Shown piece by piece: positions 1-9,490 of a stretch of DNA of 29,333 nt (position 1 is the first letter of the stretch; every line of letters starts with the position of its first letter). The stretch spans positions 4,447-33,779 of the forward strand of contig JBHLOC010000050.1 of assembly GCA_048940925.1 (NCBI GenBank). The letters are read 5' to 3'. Origin of the DNA: Promethearchaeota archaeon. Lineage in GTDB: Archaea; Asgardarchaeota; Lokiarchaeia; Sigyniarchaeales; SOKP01. Both the position numbers and the translations under genes were made by a program. Under the pieces are notes generated by a model that saw only the letters and a program-made list of their open reading frames with translations, was not told the DNA's origin and searched no databases.

Positions 1-3
1 AAC

Positions 4-720
4 TTAATTAGCTAATGTTAAAATACTTATATAGAGAAAAATAAGTGAAATTATAGCAATAAGGATGGATAATTGCCCAACTGCATCAATCCCTATTTTA
101 ACTGTAAGAGTTTTCTTACCTGATTTTAAATCAGCCTCATAATCACCGACATCTTGATATGGAACGAGTGCAAATACGAGTAGAAATGCGAATAAAACAA
201 AACAAATGGTTGAAAATGTAACAACCCAACCTTGCCCCATATAAACCCATAACAATGCCATAGAATACGCGAATGCAGGACCAAATTCATGACCTAAGGA
301 GATCTTTTCTGTAATATAATTTGATGTTATAATCACTATAGCTATTGGAATAATAATATAAATTAGTTGCCAAACTAAAAACACATGTAGAATTGCTAAT
401 CCGAAAGAGATAGTAGTCAAGATTCTTCCTACAATCTGAAGTGGTTTTACTTGTAAAATTCCTTCTCGAATTACTCCAACCCCGCCAGATTCAACATCAT
501 AACCAGCAAGCCAATCTGATGCTTCATCTCGAAAATGAACACCAACTCCCGCTAATATTATGGTCAAAAATGATAATACGAGAAAAGGAATATGTATATG
601 GTTTTTAGAAGATGTAATCCCAACAATAATTCCCCCAATACCTAAGAGTACGTATGAGACTAAGAATTTAGGTCTAAGTGCTTTAATCCATCCAATTACT
701 TGTTGTGTTTTAGTCACCAT
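4..720 (-). CDS. UbiA-family prenyltransferase (MenA-like), short
   Basis: N-terminal ALRP motif; first Asp-rich motif RDEASDWLAGYD; second motif YQDVGDYEADLKSGKKTL; multiple TM helices. 238 aa, ends one helix after motif 2. Confidence 0.85.
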   Translation of the reverse strand: MVTKTQQVIGWIKALRPKFLVSYVLLGIGGIIVGITSSKNHIHIPFLVLSFLTIILAGVGVHFRDEASDWLAGYDVESGGVGVIREGILQVKPLQIVGRILTTISFGLAILHVFLVWQLIYIIIPIAIVIITSNYITEKISLGHEFGPAFAYSMALLWVYMGQGWVVTFSTICFVLFAFLLVFALVPYQDVGDYEADLKSGKKTLTVKIGIDAVGQLSILIAIISLIFLYISILTLAN

Positions 721-926
721 AATAGTTTTTGCGATAAATAAAATTATCTTAAATATATAACTAAAGATTAGTTGTATGAATCTAATTGAATTTTTTATAT
801 TTTTCCTAATAAATTATAATAAATTGAAGTAGCACAAAGCCTATAATTTTATAGCTTTATATTTAATTTTATTTATATATATTCCTCATTTGAATAATAG
901 GAAATATTACTATAAAATATACATTA

Positions 927-2150
927 ATGGATCATAAAGTATTAATTGTTGGTGCTGGACCAGTAGGACTATTATTAGCGAATCTATTAGGTTCAAAAAA
1001 TATTGAAACCTTAATTTTAGAAAAAGAATTAATCAGAAAACCTTGGTCGAAAGCTATTGGCATTACTCCTCCTTCTTTAGAAATACTAAAGCAGTTGAAT
1101 CTAACCCAATTATTTATTAAAAATGGTATTAAAGGAATAAGAGCAATCTTTTTTGGAACTAAAATCCGCTTGGGTGCATTAAAAATAAAGAAAACATCTT
1201 CAAAATTTCCATTTATTCTTTCTCTATCACAGAAAATCACAGAAAAAATATTAGAAAGTAATTTAAAAAAATTTTCTTGTGTAACCTTATTACGGGGGTA
1301 TCGAGTTTTAGATGTAAGACCAAGCTCTGAAAATTATTTGGTGAAATGCTATTCTGCTCAAAATTCAAAAGAGATTACTTTCTACTCTGAGTTCGTATGT
1401 GCATGTGATGGTGAAAAATCAGATATCCGAAAAAGAGTCAATATACCCTTTATGGGATATTATTATAAACCAACTTTTATTATGGGAGATTATGTTGATA
1501 AATCTCTTTTTAAACAAGATGCAGTCCTCTGGTTTACTAAAAAAGGAAGTGTTGAGTCTTTTCCATTACCAAATAAAGAAAGAAGGTGGGTTATTCAAAC
1601 CACAAAGTTTATTAAAGAACCAAAAAAAGGATTCTTGGAAAAAACAATATACGAACGTACAAAGATCAGGTTAGATGAAAATGATAGAATTTCTCAGAAT
1701 TCTTTTGGGGTGCAAAGATTTTTAGCTAAATCTTATTGGAGAAATAAAATATTCTTGTGTGGAGATGCTGCCCATACTATGTCCCCTATTGGAGGTCAAG
1801 GAATGAATACAGGTTTTGCTGACGCTGAATTTTTAGCATATGTAATTTCATCTTATTTAAATAATCCCGAATTGAATCTTAAAGTTCTAGCCTATAAGTA
1901 TGAATATTATCGGAAAATTGCTGCGAAATCTGCTACTTTAAGAGCAGATTTAGGAATGAGAGTTGGAACTGCTCGAAATTTTATTATATCAGTAATAAGA
2001 TCAGCAATTTTAGTAATATTACTTAAAATACCTATTTCTCGCATATTAATTCCCTATTTCACAATGTCAAATATTCCAAATAACCGCCTTGGTCGAGTTC
2101 TTCAAAAAGAGGCTATAATTAAATCTGCTTTAATGATAAAAAAAGATTAA
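927..2150 (+). CDS. FAD-dependent monooxygenase (group A flavoprotein hydroxylase, FAD_binding_3 / UbiH-PHBH-like)
   Basis: GAGPVG Rossmann motif, CDGEKS DG motif, GDAAHTMSPIGGQGMNTGFADA GD motif. Confidence 0.92.
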   Translation: MDHKVLIVGAGPVGLLLANLLGSKNIETLILEKELIRKPWSKAIGITPPSLEILKQLNLTQLFIKNGIKGIRAIFFGTKIRLGALKIKKTSSKFPFILSLSQKITEKILESNLKKFSCVTLLRGYRVLDVRPSSENYLVKCYSAQNSKEITFYSEFVCACDGEKSDIRKRVNIPFMGYYYKPTFIMGDYVDKSLFKQDAVLWFTKKGSVESFPLPNKERRWVIQTTKFIKEPKKGFLEKTIYERTKIRLDENDRISQNSFGVQRFLAKSYWRNKIFLCGDAAHTMSPIGGQGMNTGFADAEFLAYVISSYLNNPELNLKVLAYKYEYYRKIAAKSATLRADLGMRVGTARNFIISVIRSAILVILLKIPISRILIPYFTMSNIPNNRLGRVLQKEAIIKSALMIKKD

Positions 2151-2173
2151 ATTAACGAAAAGATCATAAGGAA

Positions 2174-2728
2174 TTAATTTGGAAATGCAATACATTTCAA
2201 TGTTTTTCCAATTAAACCCAGTAAACCAGCACAAACAACACATAATAAACTAATGATCAGGAGAGGAATTAAAATTGTTTCAGTCAACAAAAAGAAACTA
2301 ATTACTCCTATTGAAATTGCCAAAGCTAGCAAAACTGACCCTATTATCATTTTCTTTACATGTTGAGCAGTAACAATTCGCTTAAATCGGATCCTTCCAT
2401 CAAATATCCCACTTATAAGAGTTAAAAAGACAAAAATTGGTAAAGATACATTCAGAATATCAATAGTATTCAGAATTTCATCTCTAAAGAATGATGGAAA
2501 TGTCAATGTTAATAGTGTCAGAATAAAAGAAAAAACACTAAATCCTACTGTGAAATGGGTTAAAATGGGATGAATCTCTAGATCTAAGATCTTTTTACGC
2601 TTTTCTGAAACTTTTTCTTTATAGGGTTCAAAAGCCGTTTTTGGAACTCCGCATGCTGGGCACTTCTCTCCCAATTTACTTTCCTTTATAATAAATCCGC
2701 AAACTTTGCATCTTAATAATTGCACCAT
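2174..2728 (-). CDS. Rubredoxin-like domain fused to a 4-TM DUF2231-like membrane domain
   Basis: CKVCG...CPACG.PKTAFEP rubredoxin signature, then HPILTHF and four hydrophobic helices. Confidence 0.8.
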   Translation of the reverse strand: MVQLLRCKVCGFIIKESKLGEKCPACGVPKTAFEPYKEKVSEKRKKILDLEIHPILTHFTVGFSVFSFILTLLTLTFPSFFRDEILNTIDILNVSLPIFVFLTLISGIFDGRIRFKRIVTAQHVKKMIIGSVLLALAISIGVISFFLLTETILIPLLIISLLCVVCAGLLGLIGKTLKCIAFPN

Positions 2729-2750
2729 AATTACCTATTATGAGGTACCA

Positions 2751-2760
2751 TTTTATAAAA
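2751..2760 (-). promoter_or_regulatory. Archaeal TATA box for the rubredoxin-fusion gene (probably a leaderless or short-leader mRNA)
   Basis: TTTTATAAAA lies 23-32 nt upstream of the ATG at 2728, preceded by an A-rich BRE-like stretch. Confidence 0.5.
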
Positions 2761-2952
2761 TTATTGCTTTTAAAAATTAGATCTTATCCTACAAATCATA
2801 ATTGTGAATTACTAATTAGAAAAGATAATATAATGATATACCTTGAACTAATATCTCATATCTTTTTTAGTTGCCATCTAACTTGAATATTTGCCTTCTA
2901 TTAGCTGAGATTTAGTTATTTAAATATATATCTTTCTCAATAGTCTAATAAC

Positions 2953-2994
2953 CTTATCAGTTAGTAATTTGGTATCTTCTTACTATATGATAAG
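2953..2994 (-). terminator. Stem-loop just 3' of the cydA-like gene
   Basis: CTTATCA/TGATAAG and TAGTAA/TTACTA stems (13 bp, 2x2 internal loop, 12-nt loop), 27 nt past the stop at 3022. Function not established. Confidence 0.35.
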
Positions 2995-3021
2995 TTTAGG
3001 TTCTTACTTTATGATACAATA

Positions 3022-4689
3022 TTAGGAAATAGTTTCATTTTTTTTATCAGGGTTTACTGAATATAATTGTTCCATCTCTTCAGGATGATGAGCAGTAACT
3101 TTAGAAGTGAACCAAAATACTGCTATAATAGTTATCATTATCAACCCAAAAACGATAAAAAGACGATCAATTGCAATTGGAGTAGGATGTGTACTAGACC
3201 CCGCAACAGGTAAAATTCCAAATATTGCATATGGAGCCCGGCTAGATTCTCTAACATATCCCATAACAATAACAATAAACATTCCAATTATTCCTGTAAG
3301 AATTCCAGCATACCTAGAAACACTTGAAAGTTTTCCCCATTCTCCTTCTTTCATTTTCTTTAGCATCTTTACATCTATAGCAACAATTAAAATCCCTATG
3401 ATCATCAAAATTAATAGAGCAATATATTTTATACCCATAATGCCAAGGGGATTGAAGACAGAATTAGATTCAAATTCAAAAGAATCACCTAACCATGAAG
3501 GTTGTACTAAGAAAAAAGCACATATCGCACTAATGATAAGAAACCGATCAAATAATTTCTTATATTTTGCATTTTCTTCTCGATTAAGGATTTCTTCCTT
3601 TCTATCGATATAATATACAAGAATAATTAAAAATAGTGCTGATATGAGGGCTACGACAAGTAACATCTCCCATGCTCTAGGTCCATGCATCATCATCTGA
3701 AAAGCGGGATTGACAGAATAAAATAATTGATTTACATATAATAAACCTAATATTGGTTGAAAAACAAGCCCAAATAGACCCCACATCATACCCCAAGATC
3801 CAACCCAATCCCAATATTTTTTGGAGGCAATATCTGGTCGATCTTTGTAATGAAACATTGCTAAAAGAATAAGTATGAAACCAAATACAGAGATTGCTGC
3901 AGCAAAACGATGAAATGTCAAAATCCAAGTAGTAGGATTAAACCACCATGATATTAAATCATTTGTTGACATAGTAATAATTCCATCACTTCCAAATGTA
4001 ATCGTAGGAGTTCCAGGAGTTAACATCCCTGCTGCTACCATATTAATAAATAAAGTCTGAAAAAATACAGTTATGGCATAACCATAACCAAGAATTTGGT
4101 GATATTTAGTTTTTATTTTATCCCATGAAAACCAATATGTATAAAGAAAAAAAACCTCTAAAAAGAATGCAATGAGTTCTAAAAATAGAGGCCACCAATA
4201 AATATGAAAGAGAATAGATGCCAGATTGGGTACAAAGACTATAAAAAGAAGTATGCCTCCAGTAGCAAATGTTGTTCCAAGACTAAATAACATTACATTA
4301 AATAATGTTATAGATCGCGATAATCGATTAAATCTACTTGTTCCATTTTTGATATAAAGTGACTCAGAAGTTACGGCAACCCAAGATCCTCCTAGATGTA
4401 GATTTGCATATAAAACATGTGATAACATTAAGAAAGCAATTGCTATAGAACGCCCATAAATACCAAAAAATTCCTGAAGTGGTAAGTCTGATTCATATTG
4501 ATCAGGGAGGTTATCAACAGGAGGCATTATTTGAGTTGAAGATATTAATCCTCCTTGAAGTGGAACAAATACAAATGATAGTATTATGAGATATATAGCG
4601 AAACCTAAGATAATAATAAGTAATTTCTTTTCTTTAATTTTTTCTATAACTTTCTTTTTTAATGGTGGGTTTTCTACATCATCTTTCAT
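3022..4689 (-). CDS. Cytochrome bd oxidase subunit I (CydA)-like membrane heme protein, non-canonical (OR-N/OR-C type)
   Basis: SHVLYA (His19 equivalent), ELIAFFLE (Glu99/107-like), HRFAAA (His186), LGIMGIK (Met393-like), MGYVRESSRAPY (variant of GWxxxExGRQPW). QPxKLAAxE Q-loop motif absent. SD-like GAGGT upstream. Confidence 0.82.
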   Translation of the reverse strand: MKDDVENPPLKKKVIEKIKEKKLLIIILGFAIYLIILSFVFVPLQGGLISSTQIMPPVDNLPDQYESDLPLQEFFGIYGRSIAIAFLMLSHVLYANLHLGGSWVAVTSESLYIKNGTSRFNRLSRSITLFNVMLFSLGTTFATGGILLFIVFVPNLASILFHIYWWPLFLELIAFFLEVFFLYTYWFSWDKIKTKYHQILGYGYAITVFFQTLFINMVAAGMLTPGTPTITFGSDGIITMSTNDLISWWFNPTTWILTFHRFAAAISVFGFILILLAMFHYKDRPDIASKKYWDWVGSWGMMWGLFGLVFQPILGLLYVNQLFYSVNPAFQMMMHGPRAWEMLLVVALISALFLIILVYYIDRKEEILNREENAKYKKLFDRFLIISAICAFFLVQPSWLGDSFEFESNSVFNPLGIMGIKYIALLILMIIGILIVAIDVKMLKKMKEGEWGKLSSVSRYAGILTGIIGMFIVIVMGYVRESSRAPYAIFGILPVAGSSTHPTPIAIDRLFIVFGLIMITIIAVFWFTSKVTAHHPEEMEQLYSVNPDKKNETIS

Positions 4690-4934
4690 TAAAAAGAACC
4701 TCTAAATAATAAAAATATTCACTTTATTAATATATAAATTTTTCTTTATAACCCATTTTAGCCAATTATTATTTGCTACTTGATTTAATCCTTAAAGCTA
4801 TTTAATAAAATTTTTGATTTTTAAATTTTTAATTTTAAATTCTATAACCTAAATCTTTTTTTATTTTAACTCTCTTTATATATCGTTTATAGATAGCTTT
4901 AAGAATTTGAAGTTAAAATGAGAAAAACGATAAA

Positions 4935-5537
4935 ATGGTTATAGTCATAGATACTTTAGATAAAATATTTGTAAATAGTCCATTGAAGAAATTTATGCAA
5001 AAGTACTTTGAAATGAAAATTTTTAAAAAATTGTTAAAATCTCATAATATTCACATAGCGAATAAAACTATTTTAGATGCCGGATGCGGTTCTGGGTTCG
5101 GTTTAAAATTAATTCAAAAAGAATTTCATCCCTTAAACTTATACGGTTTTGATATCCTACCCGAGCAAGTAATAAAAGCTCAAAAAAAGAATTTGGATGC
5201 GAGGATCTCTATTGGAGATATTAGAAACATAAAATTTCCAGAAATGAAATTTGATGTGGTATTTGTTTTCACCGTTCTCCATCACATTCCTCAATATCCA
5301 AAAGCCTTGAAAGAAATTAGTAGAGTCCTAAAACCAGGAGGTTTTCTTCTAATTGACGAACTAAATAAAAGATTACTTGACTTTTTTGAGAAGTTTTTAG
5401 GTGTTAAGCATCCAAAAAAATCAAGATTCCAGTGGTTTGAATTTTATAGAGCTATTAAAAAGGCTAAAATGAAAATAATTGATATGAAGACATTTACTAT
5501 TGGTTTTGGGTTTTTCCTATGTCAAAAGAAGATTTAA
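4935..5537 (+). CDS. Class I SAM-dependent methyltransferase (Methyltransf_11, UbiE/MenG-like)
   Basis: LDAGCGSG motif I, FDVV motif II, VLHHI, RVLKPGG. Confidence 0.9.
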   Translation: MVIVIDTLDKIFVNSPLKKFMQKYFEMKIFKKLLKSHNIHIANKTILDAGCGSGFGLKLIQKEFHPLNLYGFDILPEQVIKAQKKNLDARISIGDIRNIKFPEMKFDVVFVFTVLHHIPQYPKALKEISRVLKPGGFLLIDELNKRLLDFFEKFLGVKHPKKSRFQWFEFYRAIKKAKMKIIDMKTFTIGFGFFLCQKKI

Positions 5538-5631
5538 AAATTTAAACTCAAAATTTAATAATGATTAATATACAAATAATTATTATTAATTAATGATAAA
5601 AATAAGTAAATATTAAAGAGGGGTTATTGGA

Positions 5632-5883
5632 TTGTTATTTTTCTATGACGAACCTGGATTTGATGAAGGTTTAGGTGCTTTAATTTTAGGATCACCTGTA
5701 ATTATTGGATTAATTGTATTAGGTTATTTTATTCTTGGTGCTATTTTGGCATTTTGGTCTTATAGAAACGCAAAACAGAGAAAGATGAAATATAAATATT
5801 GGTTGATAGCAATTCTTCTTACGGGATTTATTGGTTATTTAGTTTATATGACCGTTAGAGATCCTATGCCATTAAAACAATAA
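5632..5883 (+). CDS. Small membrane protein (PLDc_N-like)
   Basis: TTG start after GAGGGG; hydrophobic helices with the W.Y.NA..R and W...ILL.GFIG.LVY pattern. Confidence 0.65.
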   Translation: MLFFYDEPGFDEGLGALILGSPVIIGLIVLGYFILGAILAFWSYRNAKQRKMKYKYWLIAILLTGFIGYLVYMTVRDPMPLKQ

Positions 5884-5947
5884 ATTTAAATTTCAAATCG
5901 TTTATCGAAATTATATTTGTGCTTACAATTAAATTTGAATAAAGAAA

Positions 5948-6952
5948 ATGATAAATTTATTCAAAGAGATATCGATGATAAAACATAACCGCAATTATTT
6001 CTTATGGATTATCTTTATTTGGTTTATCATATTCGATTCACTTATATTTTCTTCAATTTCGCTAAATCTTAAAATAGAAACCCAAGAATTATCTCCTAGA
6101 ATGACCAATTCTTGGATAATTAATAATCAGATCCACATTAAAGATAATTGGTCAGAGAGTGAAGCAATTTACGAGTTTATTACAGGATCTGGTACATTTA
6201 ATAACCCTTATAAAATTGAAAACATCACTATTAATAATCATAGGAGTAATGGTGACGCTATTATTATAGAAAATTCATTAGATTACTTTATGATTAGAAA
6301 TTGTATAATAAAAAGTTCTGGAGCTATAATAACCGATACTGAAATTAAAATCATTAATTCCACTAAAGGAACTGTAATAAATAACACAATTCTTTCCAAT
6401 GTGGGATATGGAATACACTTGATTAAAAGTTATAATAATTCAGTTTTAGAAAATGCTATTAGCAATAATACTTATATTGGTATTGGATTAAATGAGAGTT
6501 ATAATAACTTTATCAACCTTAACAAAGTAAATTTTCACGGAAGAGACACTGTAAATGGATTTGGTATAGTATTAGTAAATAGTCATAATAATAGTATATT
6601 GCGTAATATTGCTTCGCATAATACCGGAATTGGAATTCTCTTATATAATAGTAGTTATAATAATGTATCTATAAATGTTGCAAATAATAATTATCTAGGG
6701 CTCCATTTAAGTCAAAATTCAAATTATAACACCATTATGGGAAATAACCTTAAAGGCAATAAATATTGTTATACTGTAGATGATGATTCTGAAGGGAATG
6801 TTATTGAAAGCAATGATTGTGGTTCTGTCAAATTTGAGTATTTTTTCTTTCTTGCCTCATTTGGTGTTGTTTTCGCTCTAACTTTAATTGGAGTGATTAT
6901 TTTTATAAGGAAACGTAGAAAGTTTAAAAAAGGAAAAAATGAATTAAAATAA
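5948..6952 (+). CDS. Membrane-anchored parallel beta-helix protein (NosD/CASH-like)
   Basis: N-terminal hydrophobic segment, GSGTFNNPYKIENITI cap, repeated GIxLxxSxNNxIxxN units, C-terminal TM helix plus RKRRK. Start may be the second ATG at 5975. Confidence 0.85.
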   Translation: MINLFKEISMIKHNRNYFLWIIFIWFIIFDSLIFSSISLNLKIETQELSPRMTNSWIINNQIHIKDNWSESEAIYEFITGSGTFNNPYKIENITINNHRSNGDAIIIENSLDYFMIRNCIIKSSGAIITDTEIKIINSTKGTVINNTILSNVGYGIHLIKSYNNSVLENAISNNTYIGIGLNESYNNFINLNKVNFHGRDTVNGFGIVLVNSHNNSILRNIASHNTGIGILLYNSSYNNVSINVANNNYLGLHLSQNSNYNTIMGNNLKGNKYCYTVDDDSEGNVIESNDCGSVKFEYFFFLASFGVVFALTLIGVIIFIRKRRKFKKGKNELK

Positions 6953-7056
6953 TATCATAAGGCATTTTATTTAATCCACTTATTAAAATAGGAGATAAAT
7001 ACTTTTTTATTATTTTTTAAACTATCTTAATAAAAAAATTAGTTGCTATAGTATTT

Positions 7057-8517
7057 ATGTATAATAAGATCCTTGTTGCTTTAGACGGTTCAATATATTC
7101 GGAAATTGCAATAAATATTGCATTAAAAGTTGCTGAAAGTTCAGATTCAAGTACTTTATATGGATGCCATGTGTATGCTTCAAAAATGCATAAATTTAGA
7201 TTTAGTGAAATGGAAACTGGGCTACCAGAGAGATACCAAAATCCTGAAAAGCTAAGTTATTTAAGAAATACACATGAAGATCTAATAACAGATGGGATGC
7301 ACTTAATTTCAGATGCTTATTTGGCTCCATTAATCAATAAGGCTCTAGAAAAGAATCTGAAGGTGGAAGGTATAACTCCAGAAGGTAGGAATTATTCTAA
7401 ACTTATTGAAATTATAACTCGGATAAAACCTGATTTAATAATTTTAGGAGGTTGGGGTCATGGTAAAGAAGACGAATATATTCTTGGAAGTTTAACTCAG
7501 CGGATCCTATTACATAATATAAAATCAGATTTACTCATTATAAAGAGACCTATGGTCTTTAAATATAATCCTATTGTTGTAGGCATTGATGGAAGTTTAA
7601 ATTCGTATGTTGCTTTAACACGGGCAATTAACTTTGCGAATATTTATAACACTACTATTGATGCTATCGCAGTATACGACCCATATTTTCATTCAGGGGT
7701 CTTTAAAACAATCGCAGATGTATTATCTATAGAAGCTCAGAAAAGGTTTAATTTTACAGCACAAGAGAAAATTCATGATGAGATAATAGATAAAGGATTA
7801 GAGAAATTATATTTGGAAGGTTTAAAGAAAGCACAATTAATTGCGGAATCGAAAAATATTCCACTAAATATAAACGTTCTAACAGGAAAAGTATACAAAA
7901 AAATTATTGAGTACTCTAATCTTAAGAATTCTGATTTGATAGTTCTTGGAAGATGGGGATTGCATAAAGAAGATATTTCTTTAGTAGGATCTCATGCATT
8001 TAACTGTGCGAACTTAAGTAAAACTAATGTTCTTATTGTAATTCCTTCTCAACAGAAATTAAGTATCCCAGAACTAAGAACTTCAGATATCAAACCTATC
8101 AAATGGAAACCAGAAGCAGAAAAAATGGCTGAAAAAATTCCCGTTTTTGTTAGAAATATGGCTAAAAAAATGATAGAGGATTATGCTAGAGAAAGGGGTT
8201 TCTCAGAAGTTATACCAGAACTTGTAGAGGAAATGGCAAATAAATTTGGTATGGAAGCTAGAGAGAATTCAATTAAAGATATTCAGAACGAGACTATTGA
8301 AGTTTCTCGAGATAAAAGCAAGATCCCAAAAGCTGAAAAGGTAACATTTCATAAAATTAAGAGGTTGGCTCCCAATTTTCATAAAAATATATTGAAAAGT
8401 AAAATAAGAGGAGAGATTTTAGAAGAAGGTCAAATCATCCTAGTTTATGAAGTTAAAAAGATATTACCAGAATCACCAGCTTTTATAACAGAAGATACAG
8501 AATTAGAGTTTAGATAA
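7057..8517 (+). CDS. Tandem universal stress protein fused to a PCP_red-like domain and a small C-terminal CDC48_2-like domain
   Basis: Two USP domains (ILVALDGS...GGWG...LGS and IVVGIDGS...GRWG...VGS); WKPEAEKMAEKIPVFVRNMAKKMIEDYARERG matches the ChlB/BchB C-terminal PCP_red pattern; tail YEVKKILPESPAFITEDTELEF. Confidence 0.85.
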   Translation: MYNKILVALDGSIYSEIAINIALKVAESSDSSTLYGCHVYASKMHKFRFSEMETGLPERYQNPEKLSYLRNTHEDLITDGMHLISDAYLAPLINKALEKNLKVEGITPEGRNYSKLIEIITRIKPDLIILGGWGHGKEDEYILGSLTQRILLHNIKSDLLIIKRPMVFKYNPIVVGIDGSLNSYVALTRAINFANIYNTTIDAIAVYDPYFHSGVFKTIADVLSIEAQKRFNFTAQEKIHDEIIDKGLEKLYLEGLKKAQLIAESKNIPLNINVLTGKVYKKIIEYSNLKNSDLIVLGRWGLHKEDISLVGSHAFNCANLSKTNVLIVIPSQQKLSIPELRTSDIKPIKWKPEAEKMAEKIPVFVRNMAKKMIEDYARERGFSEVIPELVEEMANKFGMEARENSIKDIQNETIEVSRDKSKIPKAEKVTFHKIKRLAPNFHKNILKSKIRGEILEEGQIILVYEVKKILPESPAFITEDTELEFR

Positions 8518-8518
8518 T

Positions 8519-9490
8519 ATGGCTGCAATTATTCATTTGGATAATATCTGGGAGAAATATCATAAAAGTATAGATTTTGCACTTAAAGATATCTCTCTTA
8601 CTTTTTATAAAGGAGAAATTCACGTTATCTTAGGACCAAATGGATCTGGAAAATCAACCTTATTAAAAATCCTTGCACATTTATTACCCACTTCAAAAGG
8701 AAAAATTAAATATCTCGATAGTCAGTTAAAAAAATCAAATAATGAGTTTAAAAGAGAAATAGGGGTCTTATTCGACCACACTGCTCATTGGGATCAGCTA
8801 ACTGGATATGAAAATGCTTGGTTTTTTGCAAGTTCCTATGGAATACATCATGATGATATTAATTCTCAGCTTGAATATTATTTTAAATGGATTAATTTAT
8901 GGGATAAAAAGGATGATCCTGTAAAAACATATTCTTACGGTATGCGTAGGAAATTAGCTTTAATAGAAGCTTTAGTTCATTATCCTAAGATTTTACTCTT
9001 TGATGAGCCTTCTATGGGTTTGGATTATCATTCCCGAATAATATTGTATTCTACATTAAAAAAATTGGCATTAGAGGGGATAACCATTATCATAACTTCC
9101 AATGATGTGAATGAGGCTGCATTTTTAGCAAATAAAGTTAGCATGTTAAGTAATGGAAAACTTATAGCTTCAGGAAATCCTGGAAAGTTAATGGAATCAT
9201 TAAAACTTTATATTAGAATTGAACTTAGACTTACTTTACCCATTCCATTAGATGGATTAAAAAAAATTGAGAATATAGAAGAAATAGAAGTTGAGAACAA
9301 CAGTCAAAATAATGATTTTATCATCATTATTTTAGCCAAACCTCAGAAAATTTCCAATTATTCAATAATATTAGCGGATATTGTAAATGAAATCGTAAGT
9401 AAAAATGGACAAATAAAATTTATAGATATTAAAAGTCCTAATCTTGGAGATCTATTTTTAAAATTAAAAGGAGAAGAATATGTACCCTAA
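8519..9490 (+). CDS. ABC transporter ATP-binding subunit (ABC-2/DrrA type)
   Basis: Walker A GPNGSGKST, signature YSYGM, Walker B LLFDEP. H-loop reads ITSND rather than TSH. Starts 1 nt after the USP stop. Confidence 0.93.
   Translation: MAAIIHLDNIWEKYHKSIDFALKDISLTFYKGEIHVILGPNGSGKSTLLKILAHLLPTSKGKIKYLDSQLKKSNNEFKREIGVLFDHTAHWDQLTGYENAWFFASSYGIHHDDINSQLEYYFKWINLWDKKDDPVKTYSYGMRRKLALIEALVHYPKILLFDEPSMGLDYHSRIILYSTLKKLALEGITIIITSNDVNEAAFLANKVSMLSNGKLIASGNPGKLMESLKLYIRIELRLTLPIPLDGLKKIENIEEIEVENNSQNNDFIIIILAKPQKISNYSIILADIVNEIVSKNGQIKFIDIKSPNLGDLFLKLKGEEYVP

Noticed and set aside
560-3928. Short ORFs 560-760, 932-1240, 1399-1674, 3107-3613, 3677-3928
   Set aside because: Antisense or alternate-frame shadows of well-supported genes, with no motifs.
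8100-8250. PCP_red domain as evidence of chlorophyll synthesis
   Set aside because: This small domain occurs on many non-photosynthetic proteins, and no bchL/N/B catalytic domains are present.
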